A stretch of 64,000 nucleotides of DNA from Meyerozyma guilliermondii (lineage: Eukaryota): positions 1,302,001 to 1,366,000 of the forward strand of contig CP128815.1 of assembly GCA_051546255.1 (NCBI GenBank), written 5' to 3'. The notes under the pieces are model-generated. The model was not told the DNA's origin and ran no database searches. It saw only the letters and a program-made list of their open reading frames with translations. Shown here in pieces: positions 61,712 to 64,000 of this stretch. Every line of letters starts with the position of its first letter. The first letter of the stretch is position 1. Made by a program: the position numbers and the translations under genes.

Positions 61712-62191
61712 CTAGTCAAAGCCCTTGGATTCCGGCTGCCTGTCTCTTTTGACAATCTCGATGATCCACTCACACGAAAAAATAGCCTTCCCGTTCTCAA
61801 GAAACGTAGAAGTTGCTGGGTACTTTCCCCGGACTAATGAACCACTAGGAAGCGTATGAGGTGGAAATGTCACTTCATGGTAGGGATTATCGTCGGTATT
61901 GGGCACGATATTGTCACCAATGGGCAATTTTCTTGTATCAAATGGAATTCCATGTTTTTTCACAACCTGGTGATACCCAAGCAGACGAATTGGTCTCTTG
62001 GCTCGGTAGCGAATTGTCAAGGTATAGGTGCTCTTTTCAGGAAGAACAAAATGGAGCCGTTGGGGCATCTCATCCATATCTTGTGAGTACCGGAGAGGCT
62101 GGTCATGGCCATCAATGGCAATGGTCATCGCACACAATTCCAAGTCGTCGTTCTGAAACTCGGCTATAAGCTCTTCTCTAGTTTTCGTCAT
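61712..62191 (-). CDS. Divergent Rho GDP-dissociation-inhibitor-domain protein
   Basis: EKSTY, YHQVVKKHGIP, PNTDDNPYHEV, PSGSLVRGKY and WIIEIVK align with the RhoGDI Ig domain. Confidence 0.75.
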   Translation of the reverse strand: MTKTREELIAEFQNDDLELCAMTIAIDGHDQPLRYSQDMDEMPQRLHFVLPEKSTYTLTIRYRAKRPIRLLGYHQVVKKHGIPFDTRKLPIGDNIVPNTDDNPYHEVTFPPHTLPSGSLVRGKYPATSTFLENGKAIFSCEWIIEIVKRDRQPESKGFD

Positions 62192-62411
62192 TCCAAGTTG
62201 AATTCTATACAGCTACATGATAACCATGGGCTATTTATACGGCTTCGGAGTCATGTGAATTTGCTCGGGCATCAGCGGGCTCAACTCCGAGATGGATGGG
62301 CCATTGTCACATGCAATTGTCCGCGTCGCACAATACGGCATTTCACCACAGGTCAATAGCCGCATAACCTAGAATTGCTACGAGCAAGTTCCATGGAATG
62401 GTTCAGTTTGC

Positions 62412-63614
62412 TCATGCCACCTTCTCTGCCCCGCTCAATTTCACAGCTGCACCGTATTTTTGAAGTTTGGTCAAGAGCTGGTCACCCTGCTTGATAAGCA
62501 AGTGGTATTGGTTGTTCTTATTGTCGGGTCTGTTCGTCTCGATGATGCCGTTGACCTTGTCGATGGTACAATTGAGCTTTTTCGTGGGAATGAATCGACA
62601 AAGATCCTGGTCCAAAAAGTCCTCGCTGATATTGAAGCTTTGCGCCATAGACTTCGTAGACAATGACTTGTAACTCTCGAGTAATTGCCCATAAGCTTTA
62701 CACCTCAACTCTCGCAAAAAGTACTGGGCGTGTTGATGCAAGTATTTGTTCCCAACGAGTAACCTGTCGTGGGTTTCTAACAAATATTGAAAGAAACACC
62801 CATACTGACAGGTATACAATGAATTGGTAACGCTGACAATAGGGTCCAATAAGTCTTGCGCATTAGAGTAGATGGACAAAAGTTCTGGCAGATCAATGAT
62901 CTTTTCCTTGAGGTCGACTCGATCCAACGATAATACTCCACAAACGATGGCATACTGAGCAACTTGTTCATAAGAGCACAATTCTGTAGATGTGAATGTA
63001 GCCAACGAATCTATCAAAAGTTTAGACGCTTCAGCAAACTTCCGTGTAGCCATCAAATAGATACCATTGTATGTCTTGTACCGATTCCGGCGTTCCCAAT
63101 CTCCTCCTTTGTCGATATGCGTCTTGACTTGGTCCAAGTACTTGCCAACCAGGGCATAGTCGTTGAAGAAGAATTCTATTCTAACAACCGCGAGTAAAAT
63201 GTCGATTTTGGATCCACTACTCTGAGGAAGTTCTAATGCCTTTTCATAAGTTTCCACTGCTTTGGTGCGGTCGACAATCTTTGCATAATATTGGGCAAGT
63301 TCCAAGTTACATGCCAAAGCATCTAATTCAGTTTCATCTTCTCCCTCTGCCTCCTTAATCTTTTGGGTCAAGCCAGAAATTTCCTTTTCATTTACAGCCT
63401 CCATTTCCTTGTACAAAGCTTCGTCATAAGGAAAATCAGCCAAAGTTTCCTTCAAGTGGCGATAATACGGAGCCATCGAGTTGACTTTAATTTCCTTGAT
63501 CAAACGATCAATGATTTCCTTGGATGAACCATTATAACTTCCCAGCTGTAGCAAGTACTGGTCTTCCGACAAAGTATAGTCTGGGATCTTTTCAAGGCCC
63601 GAATCAATTTCCAT
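62412..63614 (-). CDS. RPN7: 19S proteasome lid subunit Rpn7
   Basis: MAPYY, GGDWERRNRYKTYNG and LNCTIDKVNGIIETNRPD. Confidence 0.95.
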   Translation of the reverse strand: MEIDSGLEKIPDYTLSEDQYLLQLGSYNGSSKEIIDRLIKEIKVNSMAPYYRHLKETLADFPYDEALYKEMEAVNEKEISGLTQKIKEAEGEDETELDALACNLELAQYYAKIVDRTKAVETYEKALELPQSSGSKIDILLAVVRIEFFFNDYALVGKYLDQVKTHIDKGGDWERRNRYKTYNGIYLMATRKFAEASKLLIDSLATFTSTELCSYEQVAQYAIVCGVLSLDRVDLKEKIIDLPELLSIYSNAQDLLDPIVSVTNSLYTCQYGCFFQYLLETHDRLLVGNKYLHQHAQYFLRELRCKAYGQLLESYKSLSTKSMAQSFNISEDFLDQDLCRFIPTKKLNCTIDKVNGIIETNRPDNKNNQYHLLIKQGDQLLTKLQKYGAAVKLSGAEKVA

Positions 63615-63722
63615 GATGATGTAGTTCGTGGCGACGACGACGAGTAAACCTCAAGTGAGCACCTGCACACGGCGTGCTACGAGCGAATAGAACCTGGAGC
63701 CGCATAAAGTTGTGCATGTTGC

Positions 63723-63814
63723 GGCATTGTGGCCGAGTGGTTAAGGCGATGCACTCGAATCTTTTGAGTTATGCATTGGGATTTCCCGCGCAGGTTCGAA
63801 TCCTGCTGATGTCG
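63723..63814 (+). tRNA. tRNA-Ser(CGA) with an 11-nt intron (63760-63770)
   Basis: GGCATTG TGGCCGAGTGGTTAAGGC; ATGCA CT CGA A [intron] A TGCAT; long variable arm GGGATTTCCC; GGTTCGAATCC; T-run follows. Confidence 0.92.
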
Positions 63815-64000
63815 TTATTTTTTAATACCCTTACCACAAAATTAAATTGACACGGAGTTTACTCAATGGAGTAGTGGTCCGACTACCCGATACATCGTCC
63901 CACAATCCCCAGACCGCGGGACCCTTGCCCTTGCGAACCGATCCCCTCACTGCCGAATGGAGTTCGCAGCCGAGGTAACTCCGCCGGTATATAAGGGGGA

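Noticed and set aside
63723..63814. Possible CUG-decoding tRNA-Ser(CAG)
   Set aside because: The anticodon reads CGA with a normal U33, not CAG with G33.
1..64000. Transposons, LTRs, CRISPR arrays, rRNA
   Set aside because: No transposase, RT or gag ORF, terminal repeats, repeat-spacer arrays or rRNA signatures were seen.

Overview
Gene-dense 64 kb of eukaryotic nuclear DNA from a budding yeast of the CUG-Ser clade: CTG codons sit at conserved Ser positions. A Meyerozyma/Debaryomycetaceae-like origin is an inference, not shown. It holds about 45 protein-coding genes, mostly housekeeping (e.g. ENT3, SNF4, POL5, ADO1, YPT1, RPN3, RPN7, MED17, TTI1, ENG1, GRH1, SWI4, UBC8). Spliceosomal introns missed by the ORF track occur in ENT3, MED17, RPS22 (two) and SWI4. 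There are two tRNAs (Thr-CGU; Ser-CGA with an 11-nt intron) and an intronic H/ACA snoRNA (snR44-like). No mobile element, rRNA or CRISPR was seen. Most notable signals: (1) a uORF ending Pro-Pro-Ser-stop, plus two more uORFs, in front of a HOL1-related MFS transporter, a candidate polyamine/eIF5A-sensing switch; (2) a long SWI4 intron folding into a four-way junction, an Sm-site-like U tract and a 3' hairpin; (3) a block of secreted multicopper oxidase, orphan small membrane protein and ZRT1, where the ZRT1 and ZRT2 promoters share an ACC-nnn-GTGG motif; (4) an ECL1 promoter rich in Cbf1, Met31/32 and Gcn4 sites; (5) a RhoGDI paralogue lacking the N-terminal arm. All gene identities come from recalled family motifs; no searches were run.
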